This document shows positions 17,929 through 27,053 of a stretch of 64,000 nt of DNA, one piece after another; within the stretch, counting starts at the first letter, position 1; each line of letters opens with the position of its first letter. Made by a program: the position numbers and the translations under genes. The notes beneath the pieces were generated by a model. The model saw nothing but the letters and a program-made list of their open reading frames with translations. It ran no database searches and was not told where the DNA came from. This DNA comes from a virus (lineage: Duplodnaviria > Caudoviricetes): the IMG/VR virus record IMGVR_UViG_3300044852_000063, positions 13,364 to 77,363 of that record, one strand, 5' to 3'.

Positions 17929-18180
17929 ATGGAATTCACGTCTGACCTGGCTCAAGTGTGGATCAAGTACTGCCTGCTGATGATCACCGGGGCTAAGGCC
18001 CAGTCTGATTTAAACCAGCTGGCTGAGATCATCAACGGCGACATCACCATGTTGTTCGAGACTGAACAGATTGATGAAGACGAACGAGCGTGGGCCGTGA
18101 AAGCGGTCAACGATGCCCTGTATGAACGCGCTGAAGACCTGCGCAATGCCCTCAAGGAACCGCCCAAGCATGAACATTGA
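17929..18180 (+). CDS. hypothetical protein
   Basis: GAGG RBS before ATG 17929. Confidence 0.65.
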   Translation: MEFTSDLAQVWIKYCLLMITGAKAQSDLNQLAEIINGDITMLFETEQIDEDERAWAVKAVNDALYERAEDLRNALKEPPKHEH

Positions 18181-18361
18181 ACTAAGCCAGATTGTCCTCA
18201 GCATCGACGGTAAGCTGAATCTGGTACGTGTCCCGAAAGACCGTGAACACCTCGCCCTCGCCCTCTTGCAGTCCATCTTTGATGATGGCCGCATCCTCGT
18301 CACACCCCTCCCCCCAGAATTCCAGCTGATCCCCTTGGCTGACGTGAAAACCCCCGCATAA
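18170..18361 (+). CDS. hypothetical protein
   Basis: AAGGA RBS before ATG 18170. Confidence 0.6.
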   Translation: MNIELSQIVLSIDGKLNLVRVPKDREHLALALLQSIFDDGRILVTPLPPEFQLIPLADVKTPA

Positions 18362-18396
18362 AAAAAGGGGCCTGTCTCCCGACAGTCCCCCTTCTT
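18360..18396. terminator. terminator between convergent blocks
   Basis: A-tract + GGGG.CTGTC-tccc-GACAG.CCCC + CTTCTT. Confidence 0.75.
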
Positions 18397-18415
18397 GTAG
18401 CTGGATCACCCCCTG

Positions 18416-18844
18416 TTATGGCACATCTGTGTAGAACTTATGATGGCCCATGGCCAAAGTCAACTTGGCCCCTTTGACCCAGGCCGGTGGCTTGGGCATG
18501 GACGTGGCGTAGTAGTGCGTCGCCCCACCGGTCATGTCATCCACCGTTCCATCGATCACGGCATTCGCCGCTTCCATGGCCTGCTTGAACTGGCCCGCCG
18601 GAATCGGCTTGGCGCCACTCAGGTAGGCATAGTTCGGGTCGTTCTGGTTCCAGCAGCTGAACTGCCATTTGGCCAGGCAGACGCCGGCGTAACCCTCACC
18701 CCACCAGGACTTCTGTTTGCCGTCGAACACCCGGTTGCGGATGGTCCAGGCCACGGCCAACTGGCCCGCCAGACCCTCACCCCGGGCTTCCCCCCACAAC
18801 GTGCGCGCCAGGATCTCCCGATCGCGTGCTGATACTGCCGTCAT
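18416..18844 (-). CDS. SleB/Hydrolase_2-family cell wall hydrolase (probable endolysin)
   Basis: LARTLWGEARGE, VAWTIRNR, WQFSCWN, GATHYY, GHHKFY; no signal peptide. Confidence 0.9.
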   Translation of the reverse strand: MTAVSARDREILARTLWGEARGEGLAGQLAVAWTIRNRVFDGKQKSWWGEGYAGVCLAKWQFSCWNQNDPNYAYLSGAKPIPAGQFKQAMEAANAVIDGTVDDMTGGATHYYATSMPKPPAWVKGAKLTLAMGHHKFYTDVP

Positions 18845-19083
18845 ACCTTGTCCTTACTGGCTTGTTTGTAATACTTGCGCCCGAACAGGCGCACCCCCAA
18901 CCACATCGCCCCGCCGATGGCCACCGACACCGCCGCCGTGGCGGGGCCACTGCCTGAATTGGCAACACAGGCCAATAGCGCCTGATCCGCTGCGGCCTTG
19001 CCAATCTGTGCGCTGTACGCCAGGTCATGCGCCGCACAGCACGCTGCCCACCACCCCTCCGGAAACCAAGTGCAATAGTCCAT
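18841..19083 (-). CDS. small phospholipase A2-like / DUF1353-like protein
   Basis: DYCT...CCAAHDLAY...AD..L..C...GVRLFG. Confidence 0.65.
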   Translation of the reverse strand: MDYCTWFPEGWWAACCAAHDLAYSAQIGKAAADQALLACVANSGSGPATAAVSVAIGGAMWLGVRLFGRKYYKQASKDKV

Positions 19084-19086
19084 GTG

Positions 19087-19692
19087 TTACTCCCCTGTTG
19101 GCCAACCCAAGTGCAGCATCGATTCGTTGTAGGTCCCGGCATCCACCGCGGCGACCAGCTCACCTTCCCGGTTAAAACAAGCCTGCACATGTGCCCGGAT
19201 GGCCTTGGCCACTGCCAGGATCACCGGTGAGGTCAATGCCACAAACCCGGTTGGTGTTTTCCAGTTGAGCTGGTAATCCGGGTCCATGAAGGCTTCCAGT
19301 GCCGCACCGAGGATCAGTCCCTGGCTGGCGCGCTCGGTGTTGATGTCCAAACCATTGAACACGATGCCGCTGACTTCATGGTTGTAACGCTCGGCAGCAA
19401 TAGCCGCTTTGATTTCAGCGACGGTTTTAACCCGGCAATCAGCAATGGTGCCGTACTCACCGTGCATCAAGGCGGCAAACAACTCGCGGCCATGGGCCTC
19501 GGAGTCAGTGGCTGTAGCGTGAAACGGAATCCAGCCATACACCGAGTGCTGCACTTCACAGTCGACCGAACCAGATGGGGTGTAGCGCGCATTGCGTACC
19601 GCCAAAAAGATCGGTGCTTGTTGAGGCAACACATCAGAAGGGGCCGTTGGCGTTTCTTCGTGCACCGGCGTGTCGTATAAAACTTCAGTCAT
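19087..19692 (-). CDS. tail fibre assembly protein (DUF4376-like C-terminus)
   Basis: DCEVQH..GWIPF.A...D.E.HG N-terminus; NWKT..GFV.L...HVQACF.RE. Confidence 0.85.
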   Translation of the reverse strand: MTEVLYDTPVHEETPTAPSDVLPQQAPIFLAVRNARYTPSGSVDCEVQHSVYGWIPFHATATDSEAHGRELFAALMHGEYGTIADCRVKTVAEIKAAIAAERYNHEVSGIVFNGLDINTERASQGLILGAALEAFMDPDYQLNWKTPTGFVALTSPVILAVAKAIRAHVQACFNREGELVAAVDAGTYNESMLHLGWPTGE

Positions 19693-22109
19693 CAGGAAAC
19701 CCTCATAAAAATGCCTGTGGCGCCGTTGGCCACGTACCCCATGCTTTTCCAGGTGCCTGCGGGTTGCCCGTAGTTCGCCATGGTGGTGTCAGACCAGGCA
19801 ATCGAGTAGTACGCCGCCAGCACGTTCAAACCAATGGCCCCACCCGACACGTTCTTCATCAAGGCAATACCACCCACCGCGGTGCAGTCGCTCAATTGAG
19901 CCATTTGCAGCATGGTGTTGCCTTTCTGGAGGTAGTAAGTCGACAGCCAGGTAGTCAACCAACCGCCAAAAGCATTGCCAAAGATGTTGCCGTCGGTGCT
20001 GTGCTGGAAATACTCGGCGTTCGGGTTGCCCCAGCACAAGCTACCAGACGTGTTCATCATGATCTTGTTGGCAACGTAACCGTTCCACAGGAACGTGATG
20101 CCTGGAGCGTTGAAGATATGACCAGGCGCCGGCCCACCGGTAGCGACCAAGTTGGCTTCGCCAATCATAATTGGCGAGTTATAGGCTTGGTTTGAGGCTG
20201 ACAAGTTTTGGTAGTTCGGCGCGTAGATGTAGCCGTATTGGTTGGTGATGCCGTTCTTCATCACCGTCATTTTAAGCGTTGGATCGAAGGTAGCTGCCGA
20301 CCACACACGGCTGCCGACGTCATACAAACCCCCGACGGCATTGATGGTTTGCGTGGCGTAGATGGTTTTGTCGGTGGAGATGCTGCCGGTGAACGCATGC
20401 CCACCGTTGGCGATGTATCTAAGAATGCCTCCACCGGCTACACCGGTCGGTGTGTCACTCAAAATTCGAGTGTCGTAGTCGGTCAGCGTAGCGCCACTGT
20501 GGAAGTCAATCGCTGGGGTACTGGCCGAACCCGCCATGTTGCCCAGTTCGATCTGCACCGAGATGTTGGCATACGAGCCATACATGGTGGCGGCGTAAGT
20601 GTTGCCGCTGCTGTCCCGTTCAACCAAGGTACTGGCCGTCGCTGCCTGCGACTTGGCCACCCCCAAGTTGGTCCGGGCCGTGGCCGCATCGGTAGCCCCT
20701 GTACCCCCATGGTTGACCGCCACAGTCCGCAGCGGTTGCCCATCGGCGCACATGTACCACAGGCAATCCCAGTTCCCCGATCCCAACGACACAAACTCGG
20801 CCGTGTCACCGGCAGCCGTGGTGATGTTGGCATTGCCCGGCAACTGCAAGGTCGTGGCGTTATGCGTCAGGGTCAAAGCCCCAGCAAAGGTCACCTTGCA
20901 GGTTGCACCAGCGGCAATCGAATCGAAGGCCGTGATGGTGGTGGTGCCGGTGATGGTCACCGAGTTGGCTGCCGCCGCACCAATGTTGACCGTGGCCGCC
21001 GAAGCCAAGGACACCGGTGTGGCTTCGTTGATCGAGCCGGTCATCTTGCCGCCAGACAACAACAGGCGATCAGTGCACTGTTTCTGCAACTTGCCCAAGG
21101 CCACCAGCAGGGTGTCCCCGGCCACCACGGCCGTCCCGGTCGCTACGCTCAAACCAGTGAGCACCACGGCACGTACGTCCGTTGGCAGGTCACGCCAGGT
21201 CTTGGTGCCGCTGTAGAACTTGCTCACCAGATCCGCAGTAATGGTCGGCTCTTTGCCGGCCAATGCGTTGGTCATGGTGGTGGCGAAGTTCGGGTCATTG
21301 CCCAAAGCGGTGGCCAGCTCATTGAGCGTGTCCAGTGCGCCGGGTGCCGAGTTGATCAGGTTGGCAATCGCCGCCTGCAAGGCTGCCATGTTGGCGATCT
21401 GCGTGGTGTTGGTGCCGAGCGCTGCCGTAGGTGCCGTTGGTACACCGGTCAAATCCGGCGAAGCCAAGTTGGCCTTGGCATTCAGCTGGCCTTGGACCTT
21501 GCCAAACGCCGTCAGCACGGTATCCGTGGCCGCCAAAGCTACGTTGGAACCGCTGACATAACCGGTGAGCGCTACCGCCCGGACGTTGGCTGCCAGGTTG
21601 GTCGCTGCATCACTGATCTGCTTCTGGAGCTTGCCCAAACCACTGAGCACGGTGTCCGCCGCCGTGATCACCGCGTTGGTCGACGTAGACAGTCCGGTCA
21701 ATGTTGCTGCACGCACCGTGGTCATAAAGTCGACCCAGGTCTTGTCACCGCGCCAGAACTGGCTGGTGGTGCCAGCGGCGATCTGATCCTGTTTACCGGC
21801 CAGGACCGACTGGATCGTGTTGGCTTCGCCGGCCATCAGCGCCTGGAAGGCATAGACGTTGCCAGTCCAGGCCACCGCTGTGGTGCCTTCGACACCTCGA
21901 GTGACTCCGGAAATACCCAGACCGGAACGGCTGGTGTACTGGATCACTTCGATCCAGGACGGGTTGCCAGGACTGTCACACAGCACCAGATAACCACCGT
22001 CAGCAGGCGGCAGTTTCTGCGGCGCAACAGCGTCGAGAATGGCAAAGCTGGTGGCCACGTTGGTCACCGGCGTTACCACCTTCACGCGGACAAAGTTTTC
22101 ATAGCTCAT
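19692..22109 (-). CDS. tail fibre protein
   Basis: SPDLTGVPTAPT, APGALDTLNELATALGNDPNFATT, GGTGATDAATARTNLG, IDFHSG...DYDTRI. Confidence 0.93.
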   Translation of the reverse strand: MSYENFVRVKVVTPVTNVATSFAILDAVAPQKLPPADGGYLVLCDSPGNPSWIEVIQYTSRSGLGISGVTRGVEGTTAVAWTGNVYAFQALMAGEANTIQSVLAGKQDQIAAGTTSQFWRGDKTWVDFMTTVRAATLTGLSTSTNAVITAADTVLSGLGKLQKQISDAATNLAANVRAVALTGYVSGSNVALAATDTVLTAFGKVQGQLNAKANLASPDLTGVPTAPTAALGTNTTQIANMAALQAAIANLINSAPGALDTLNELATALGNDPNFATTMTNALAGKEPTITADLVSKFYSGTKTWRDLPTDVRAVVLTGLSVATGTAVVAGDTLLVALGKLQKQCTDRLLLSGGKMTGSINEATPVSLASAATVNIGAAAANSVTITGTTTITAFDSIAAGATCKVTFAGALTLTHNATTLQLPGNANITTAAGDTAEFVSLGSGNWDCLWYMCADGQPLRTVAVNHGGTGATDAATARTNLGVAKSQAATASTLVERDSSGNTYAATMYGSYANISVQIELGNMAGSASTPAIDFHSGATLTDYDTRILSDTPTGVAGGGILRYIANGGHAFTGSISTDKTIYATQTINAVGGLYDVGSRVWSAATFDPTLKMTVMKNGITNQYGYIYAPNYQNLSASNQAYNSPIMIGEANLVATGGPAPGHIFNAPGITFLWNGYVANKIMMNTSGSLCWGNPNAEYFQHSTDGNIFGNAFGGWLTTWLSTYYLQKGNTMLQMAQLSDCTAVGGIALMKNVSGGAIGLNVLAAYYSIAWSDTTMANYGQPAGTWKSMGYVANGATGIFMRVS

Positions 22110-22423
22110 TTATTGCGCACCTTCACTTTGAATTCGACTTCCTTGGTACGGTCCTGCTCGGTGGTGACCACGCAGGTAACGATGTAATCCTCGTAATCCG
22201 TGCCGCCGCTGAGCCACAGCTTGAAACGCACCGGAGTGACCCCGATCAGGGTGTAGGCCGGATGAGGTGCTTGGCCGAACTCCAGGGTCGGCACCGGTTC
22301 ACTGACCCCGGTGATGGTGATCGCCACGCTCTGGATGTCGTCGCCGGGACTGCCAGCAAACCAGCTGGCCATGTCCACGTCGTAGTCCAGGACGTCACGC
22401 GGTTGCTTTACAAATACGTCCAC
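22106..22423 (-). CDS. small virion/tail structural protein
   Basis: KQPRDVLDYDVD...WLSGG..Y.VT...TT..R pattern; lies within the tail block. Confidence 0.78.
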   Translation of the reverse strand: MDVFVKQPRDVLDYDVDMASWFAGSPGDDIQSVAITITGVSEPVPTLEFGQAPHPAYTLIGVTPVRFKLWLSGGTDYEDYIVTCVVTTEQDRTKEVEFKVKVRNK

Positions 22424-22433
22424 AGGGTCACCC

Positions 22434-23828
22434 TCACACCAGGATTAAACGGGGTTCGTCCGGCACCACGACCAGGCGCTCAAAGGCCTCGACGGTGACA
22501 GTACGCTCGACCGGTGCAGGCACCAGGTCATTGATTTGGTTGAAACCGCTGGCTTCCGCGGTGGCGATGGCGACACCACTGGCCGACAGGAACTTGCGCA
22601 CTTCACCGCTGACGTTGGCGAAAGCCTCGGCCGCCAGTGGGTACAGTTGCAGGTTGATCACCGGGGCCGACAGCAGCGCTGTGCATTCACCCGGGTTGAG
22701 CTGCACACCCCGTTGGACAAACAAGGTCTGCACCGTGGCTTGGCCCAAGGCGAAACCAGACACCAGACTGATGATGTTGCCTGGTGGTGTAGACAAAGTA
22801 GCGGTGCACTCGGTCGGGCTGGATTCGACGCGGGTTTGTTTCTTCTGCCCATCGCCATAGCCGGTCGCAGAACAATCAGCACTGCCTTGGCCTTTACGAT
22901 TGCTCTGTGCCTTGCCGTAACCGATGGCGTAGGAATCACCGCCAACGGCCGTGGCACCGGTGCCGTGGATCTCGGGGTCGGCAAAACCAATGGCGGTGCA
23001 GATGGCTTGACCATGGCCGCCGAAGTTGTAGCGCACCGAGCCCTCGGCAAAGGCATAAGCGCGACCGGTCTGGCTCTGGGTTACGCCCACATGGGTCGAC
23101 AGGGCCGTGGCAAATGCCAGGGCATCGCCGTTCACCTCGAAGTAGCGAATACCCAGGCGATTGACCGCCGGATCACCTTGAACCGTGCAGATCCCCTCGC
23201 CCAGGCCGGCTGCGCCTTTCTGATGCAGTGGTACAGCATCATTCAGTGTGCACGTAGCAACCGCCGTGCCCTTGCCTCCAATGGTCAGCTTGGGACCGTC
23301 TTGAATAGTCGCGGTGCACACTGCCTGGCCGTAGACCAGGTGGTAAGTGGTGCCAAAACCTTCAGCGGTGGCCACGGCCGGGTTGGCGTAGGCCATCTGC
23401 CAGGTCTGGGGATCACCACTGCCTTCGGCGACCGCGTCAGCCCGCAGCGGATAGATCTTGGTCAGGCGCCGGGAATCCCCGTAGCCCGTGGCCATGGCCA
23501 CCGAACCGAAACCATACGTACTGAAGTAGGCCTTGGCCTGGGCGATATTGGCCACCGCCGTACACAACGCGGTGCTCGGCAGTGGATTAAACGTAACCTT
23601 GGCCCGTGCCGTGTTGGCCGTGGCCGTCGCCGTACCGGTCACCGGATACTGGTTGGCTGCACGGCGCCCATAACCGGAAACCGTGGCGTAAGCAGAACCC
23701 TGTCCGGCAAATAAGCGGGTGACTTCGTTTTCCCCAGCAAGGTCGGCCGTCGCCAGCGCGGAAGCGGACACGAGGGTGATGGCCCCAATCGTGGTCATGC
23801 CGAACTGGGTCAGGCCGAATTGCATCAT
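22434..23828 (-). CDS. Ala/Gly/Thr-rich tail-associated protein
   Basis: Repetitive AxAxAxxxG beta-strand pattern; lies within the tail block. Confidence 0.75.
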   Translation of the reverse strand: MMQFGLTQFGMTTIGAITLVSASALATADLAGENEVTRLFAGQGSAYATVSGYGRRAANQYPVTGTATATANTARAKVTFNPLPSTALCTAVANIAQAKAYFSTYGFGSVAMATGYGDSRRLTKIYPLRADAVAEGSGDPQTWQMAYANPAVATAEGFGTTYHLVYGQAVCTATIQDGPKLTIGGKGTAVATCTLNDAVPLHQKGAAGLGEGICTVQGDPAVNRLGIRYFEVNGDALAFATALSTHVGVTQSQTGRAYAFAEGSVRYNFGGHGQAICTAIGFADPEIHGTGATAVGGDSYAIGYGKAQSNRKGQGSADCSATGYGDGQKKQTRVESSPTECTATLSTPPGNIISLVSGFALGQATVQTLFVQRGVQLNPGECTALLSAPVINLQLYPLAAEAFANVSGEVRKFLSASGVAIATAEASGFNQINDLVPAPVERTVTVEAFERLVVVPDEPRLILV

Positions 23829-23843
23829 GGCGAAGCCCCTTTA

Positions 23844-24248
23844 TTAAGCCAGGGTGATGATCAGCGAGCCGATCGGGAACGACAGCACGTCAGTTGGGTC
23901 CAGGGTCTTCGGGTTCAGCATCGAAGAGTGGTACAGCAGGTTGCCACCGTTCTGAGCATCGAAGATGCCCCAGTGAGTGACCGTCTTCTGCGCATCAACG
24001 ATGGCAGGGAAGATCAAGTTACGGGTGTTCGAGCTGGAACCGTTGCTCGGTACGGTGAAGCCGTCGGATGCCACGGTTGCGTGCGCACGTTGACGCACAT
24101 AACCGGAGTCAACCAGCTCAGAACCGGTGCCAGCGTCAGTTGGACTGTTGGTGAACAGCGCAACATAGACACCACCACCGGTGTAAGTGCCGCCCCGGAG
24201 GGTGGCAGTCAGCAGAGCAGCTTCAAGGTAGTCGGAAAAAGCAGACAT
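23844..24248 (-). CDS. tail/virion structural protein
   Basis: GGAGGG RBS; SDYLE..LL, YVALFT..P, GYVRQ, THWGIFDA..GGNLL. Confidence 0.82.
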   Translation of the reverse strand: MSAFSDYLEAALLTATLRGGTYTGGGVYVALFTNSPTDAGTGSELVDSGYVRQRAHATVASDGFTVPSNGSSSNTRNLIFPAIVDAQKTVTHWGIFDAQNGGNLLYHSSMLNPKTLDPTDVLSFPIGSLIITLA

Positions 24249-24356
24249 AGAGACCCTCCAAGGGGTTATTGCAGGTTTAGGACGTCGTAACGGACGAGAC
24301 ACCCCCGTTATAGGGAGGGAGAATACGATACTGGCCCTTGGAGGTCGAGTTGAGTG

Positions 24357-25181
24357 TTATTGAACGCGGACTACAAGCAACTGAATGGGGTTAAGTGCCA
24401 ACCATTTATTCAAAACTTCATCAGAAAGCATGCTGCTGCTGATCAGGGCATAGATTCCTTCCTCTGAATCTGCATCAGCACCTCCAACGGTGCACATCAT
24501 TTGATTGCCGGCCAACCCAGCAGCAGTAAAGCCGAATCGAACACTGACAAAGGGTGAGTAAGAGGTGTTGATCGCCTGCATTGGCAGGTTGGAGGCAATA
24601 AACCCGTACTGACCATTGGCTGTAAACGGCCATGGTGTGGTGTAGCTACGCCATTGCGGGTAATTGCCCATTGGATTCCAGGCAGTGATCACCTTCAGGA
24701 TCTTCATAACCTGGGTTCCGCTGTCAAACGCCAGCCGCCCCAGTTCATCCCATACTCGAAGGCCGAACATCTCCGGTGAGTACTTCATCCCCTCACTGTT
24801 GGCCACCACCCAGTCCCATAAAGGCAAGTGAGATGGGGCTACCCAGTTGTAGTAATAGTTCACCACCTGACCCGGGTAGTTCTGCATGAAGCTGACGTCA
24901 AACCCTGTCCAGTTCCCGGCTCCGCCGGTGTGTTGAAACGCATGCCAGTGGCCGTTGACATTGCCACGCGGCACAAAGGCCACGATCGGTGCGACTTGGC
25001 TGGTCACTGGGGTTGGATAACGCACCTGTACCCGCACACCATGGCGGTTGTCCGGGAATTGCTGACTGGCCGCCAGGTAGCCGCCGAACTGACCCCGTTG
25101 CAGCACTGCCAGGTTGATGTGGTCGGAATCGACCGTCACTTTCCCGGCGTCATTGGAATAGCTGAAACCATACAAACTCAT
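24357..25181 (-). CDS. tail tip-associated protein
   Basis: YGF...N..G...DS and FGLRVWDE.G.LAFDS repeats typical of genes following J-like tail tips. Confidence 0.75.
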   Translation of the reverse strand: MSLYGFSYSNDAGKVTVDSDHINLAVLQRGQFGGYLAASQQFPDNRHGVRVQVRYPTPVTSQVAPIVAFVPRGNVNGHWHAFQHTGGAGNWTGFDVSFMQNYPGQVVNYYYNWVAPSHLPLWDWVVANSEGMKYSPEMFGLRVWDELGRLAFDSGTQVMKILKVITAWNPMGNYPQWRSYTTPWPFTANGQYGFIASNLPMQAINTSYSPFVSVRFGFTAAGLAGNQMMCTVGGADADSEEGIYALISSSMLSDEVLNKWLALNPIQLLVVRVQ

Positions 25182-25510
25182 GGGGCCACCAGGATCACGT
25201 CGACCGTGCCGTTGTAAGAAGAGCGGGACGCACCGTACAACTGGATTGCCCCGTCAAGGACCCGCACCGAAGGAATGCTGGCGCGAGTCGAACGCTTGTT
25301 GCCGGTGTAGGTGCCCCAGGCTGTGTACGGCACCAGTGGCTGCACCAGGGCATACATGCCGGCCCGCGCCAGCGGAACGCTGATGGTCTGCACCTGGTTC
25401 GAGTTGCCCATGCGCACCTGCACTGTGGTGACAATGCGCATGGTTTCATCGACCCCGCTGAGGATCAGCTGGCCTTGGGCGTCCCAGACCTTGAGGCCGT
25501 ATTCACTCAT
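25178..25510 (-). CDS. tail tip-associated protein
   Basis: YGLKVWDAQGQLI N-terminus; ATGA coupling. Confidence 0.75.
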   Translation of the reverse strand: MSEYGLKVWDAQGQLILSGVDETMRIVTTVQVRMGNSNQVQTISVPLARAGMYALVQPLVPYTAWGTYTGNKRSTRASIPSVRVLDGAIQLYGASRSSYNGTVDVILVAP

Positions 25511-26784
25511 AACGACAGGTTCCCCAGCTGGACACGCAGCCGCCCGTTGGCGTCGAAAATCTTGATGTACTGGTTGGTCTGGCTCATGTAGCCGCCGCCC
25601 GGGATCGCCCCATTGGACTCGAAGCCGCCAGCGGTGGTCAGGCGCCAGCCGCGGTAACCGGGGATGTAGTCGATCGACTGGAGATCCCCGACTGAGAGGA
25701 ACTGCGCCTGCACCTTGCCGTTCTGCACAATAAAGTTGCCGGCTTCGTCACGCAGCTTGCTGAACGTCAGCTTATTAATGACGGCGTCATCGATGAACAC
25801 CTCGGAACCAGACACGATAAAAGGCTTGCGCTTGTTGGCCCCGGTGCGACCGATCCAGAACGTGTCCACGTCAAAGCCGGCCTGCACCTCTTTGACCACC
25901 CCGTCATCACTGGCGTAGATGCCGAAGCCTCCGACCAGGCCATTGGCCTGCACCTTGACCGACCACAAGGATTTCACTGCCGTCAAACCAGTGGACAGCT
26001 TGGTCACCGAGCTTTCCATGGTTTGCTGCACCGAGCTGATCGACTTCTCCAGGCTGGTCTGGGTGGTCTGGATCGACTTGGCCAAAGCGCTGTCAGCGGT
26101 GACCCGGGCTTGTTCTTCGGACTGCACGGCGGCATAGGCCTTCTCGAGGCCTTCGCCCATCTCCGCATACAGGGTGTTGACCGTGGACACAAAGGCCTCG
26201 TTGGCATTGGTCCGCGCCAGCACTTCCTGTTGCAGCAAGGCCCGGGTCTGCCCGCTGTGCGCCTGCACCTCGTTGAAGGCCACGCCCAGTTCATCATCCG
26301 CGGCATCTCGATCGAGCATCTCCTGGGTAATCGCCAGACGGTTCAGTTCGATCTTGGCGATCTCGCCCTTGAGCGACTGCGCCAGATAACCGGCGTCAAT
26401 CTTCGCCGTGAGCTGCTCGATCATCTGCGCAATTGGTGGCCGCCCGGTCGCCGAGACCGGCCCGACCACATCGCCATAGGTGGCGTTCACTGAGACCTGC
26501 TGAATCCAGTAGTAATACTGGATCGATGTCTCGCTCGTGACCTTGTCGTAGAAGAAGTTGCCCGCCACAATCGCGTGCCTTGCCGCGGCCAGGAAGTTGG
26601 GAGCCGTGGCCCGGAACAAAATCGTGTGCTGGACCGCCGCTGGATTGACAGCAGGGTAGTCCCACTCGATGTCAATGCCGCCGAACGCCGGTGTCGCCCG
26701 CAAGTTCAGACTGTTGCTCGGATCACCTGGCTTTGGCCCGGTCCACCCGCCTGTACCGCATACACCATCGACGCAAGTCGTCAT
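25507..26784 (-). CDS. tail tip protein, lambda J-like C-terminal region (DUF1983-like)
   Basis: FN3-like YYYWI segment, coiled coil, SVKVQANG..GGFG, PFIV..SEVFIDDA, DANGRLRVQLG. Confidence 0.85.
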   Translation of the reverse strand: MTTCVDGVCGTGGWTGPKPGDPSNSLNLRATPAFGGIDIEWDYPAVNPAAVQHTILFRATAPNFLAAARHAIVAGNFFYDKVTSETSIQYYYWIQQVSVNATYGDVVGPVSATGRPPIAQMIEQLTAKIDAGYLAQSLKGEIAKIELNRLAITQEMLDRDAADDELGVAFNEVQAHSGQTRALLQQEVLARTNANEAFVSTVNTLYAEMGEGLEKAYAAVQSEEQARVTADSALAKSIQTTQTSLEKSISSVQQTMESSVTKLSTGLTAVKSLWSVKVQANGLVGGFGIYASDDGVVKEVQAGFDVDTFWIGRTGANKRKPFIVSGSEVFIDDAVINKLTFSKLRDEAGNFIVQNGKVQAQFLSVGDLQSIDYIPGYRGWRLTTAGGFESNGAIPGGGYMSQTNQYIKIFDANGRLRVQLGNLSL

Positions 26785-26852
26785 GAGTGTCCCCTGAACA
26801 GAATTAATAACCCGGCATTCTACATGCCAACCGCGTTGGAGCTGCTAATTAC

Positions 26853-27053
26853 ATGGCTGACCATGCTAGAACCCGCCGTCAACTCCCTCAACCCTCCGTT
26901 CATTCCTGCCCAAGCTGTAATAACCCGGTGCGCTGCGACATTCAACAGGGTAAGTCCACCTGTTGGTGCTTCGGTGTGCAGGCTAAAGAGCAGGAACATG
27001 GGGACATCTGCGTCTGTAAAGCCTGTCTAACCTCTGGAAGACCCAAACCATGA
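26853..27053 (+). CDS. Cys-rich CWC-family protein
   Basis: CPSC...C....G..CWC...CVCKAC; GGAG RBS. Confidence 0.75.
   Translation: MADHARTRRQLPQPSVHSCPSCNNPVRCDIQQGKSTCWCFGVQAKEQEHGDICVCKACLTSGRPKP

Noticed and set aside
20208-22187. 659-aa + strand ORF
   Set aside because: Antisense shadow of the tail fibre gene; R/G/V/H-rich with no motifs, a product of GC3 bias
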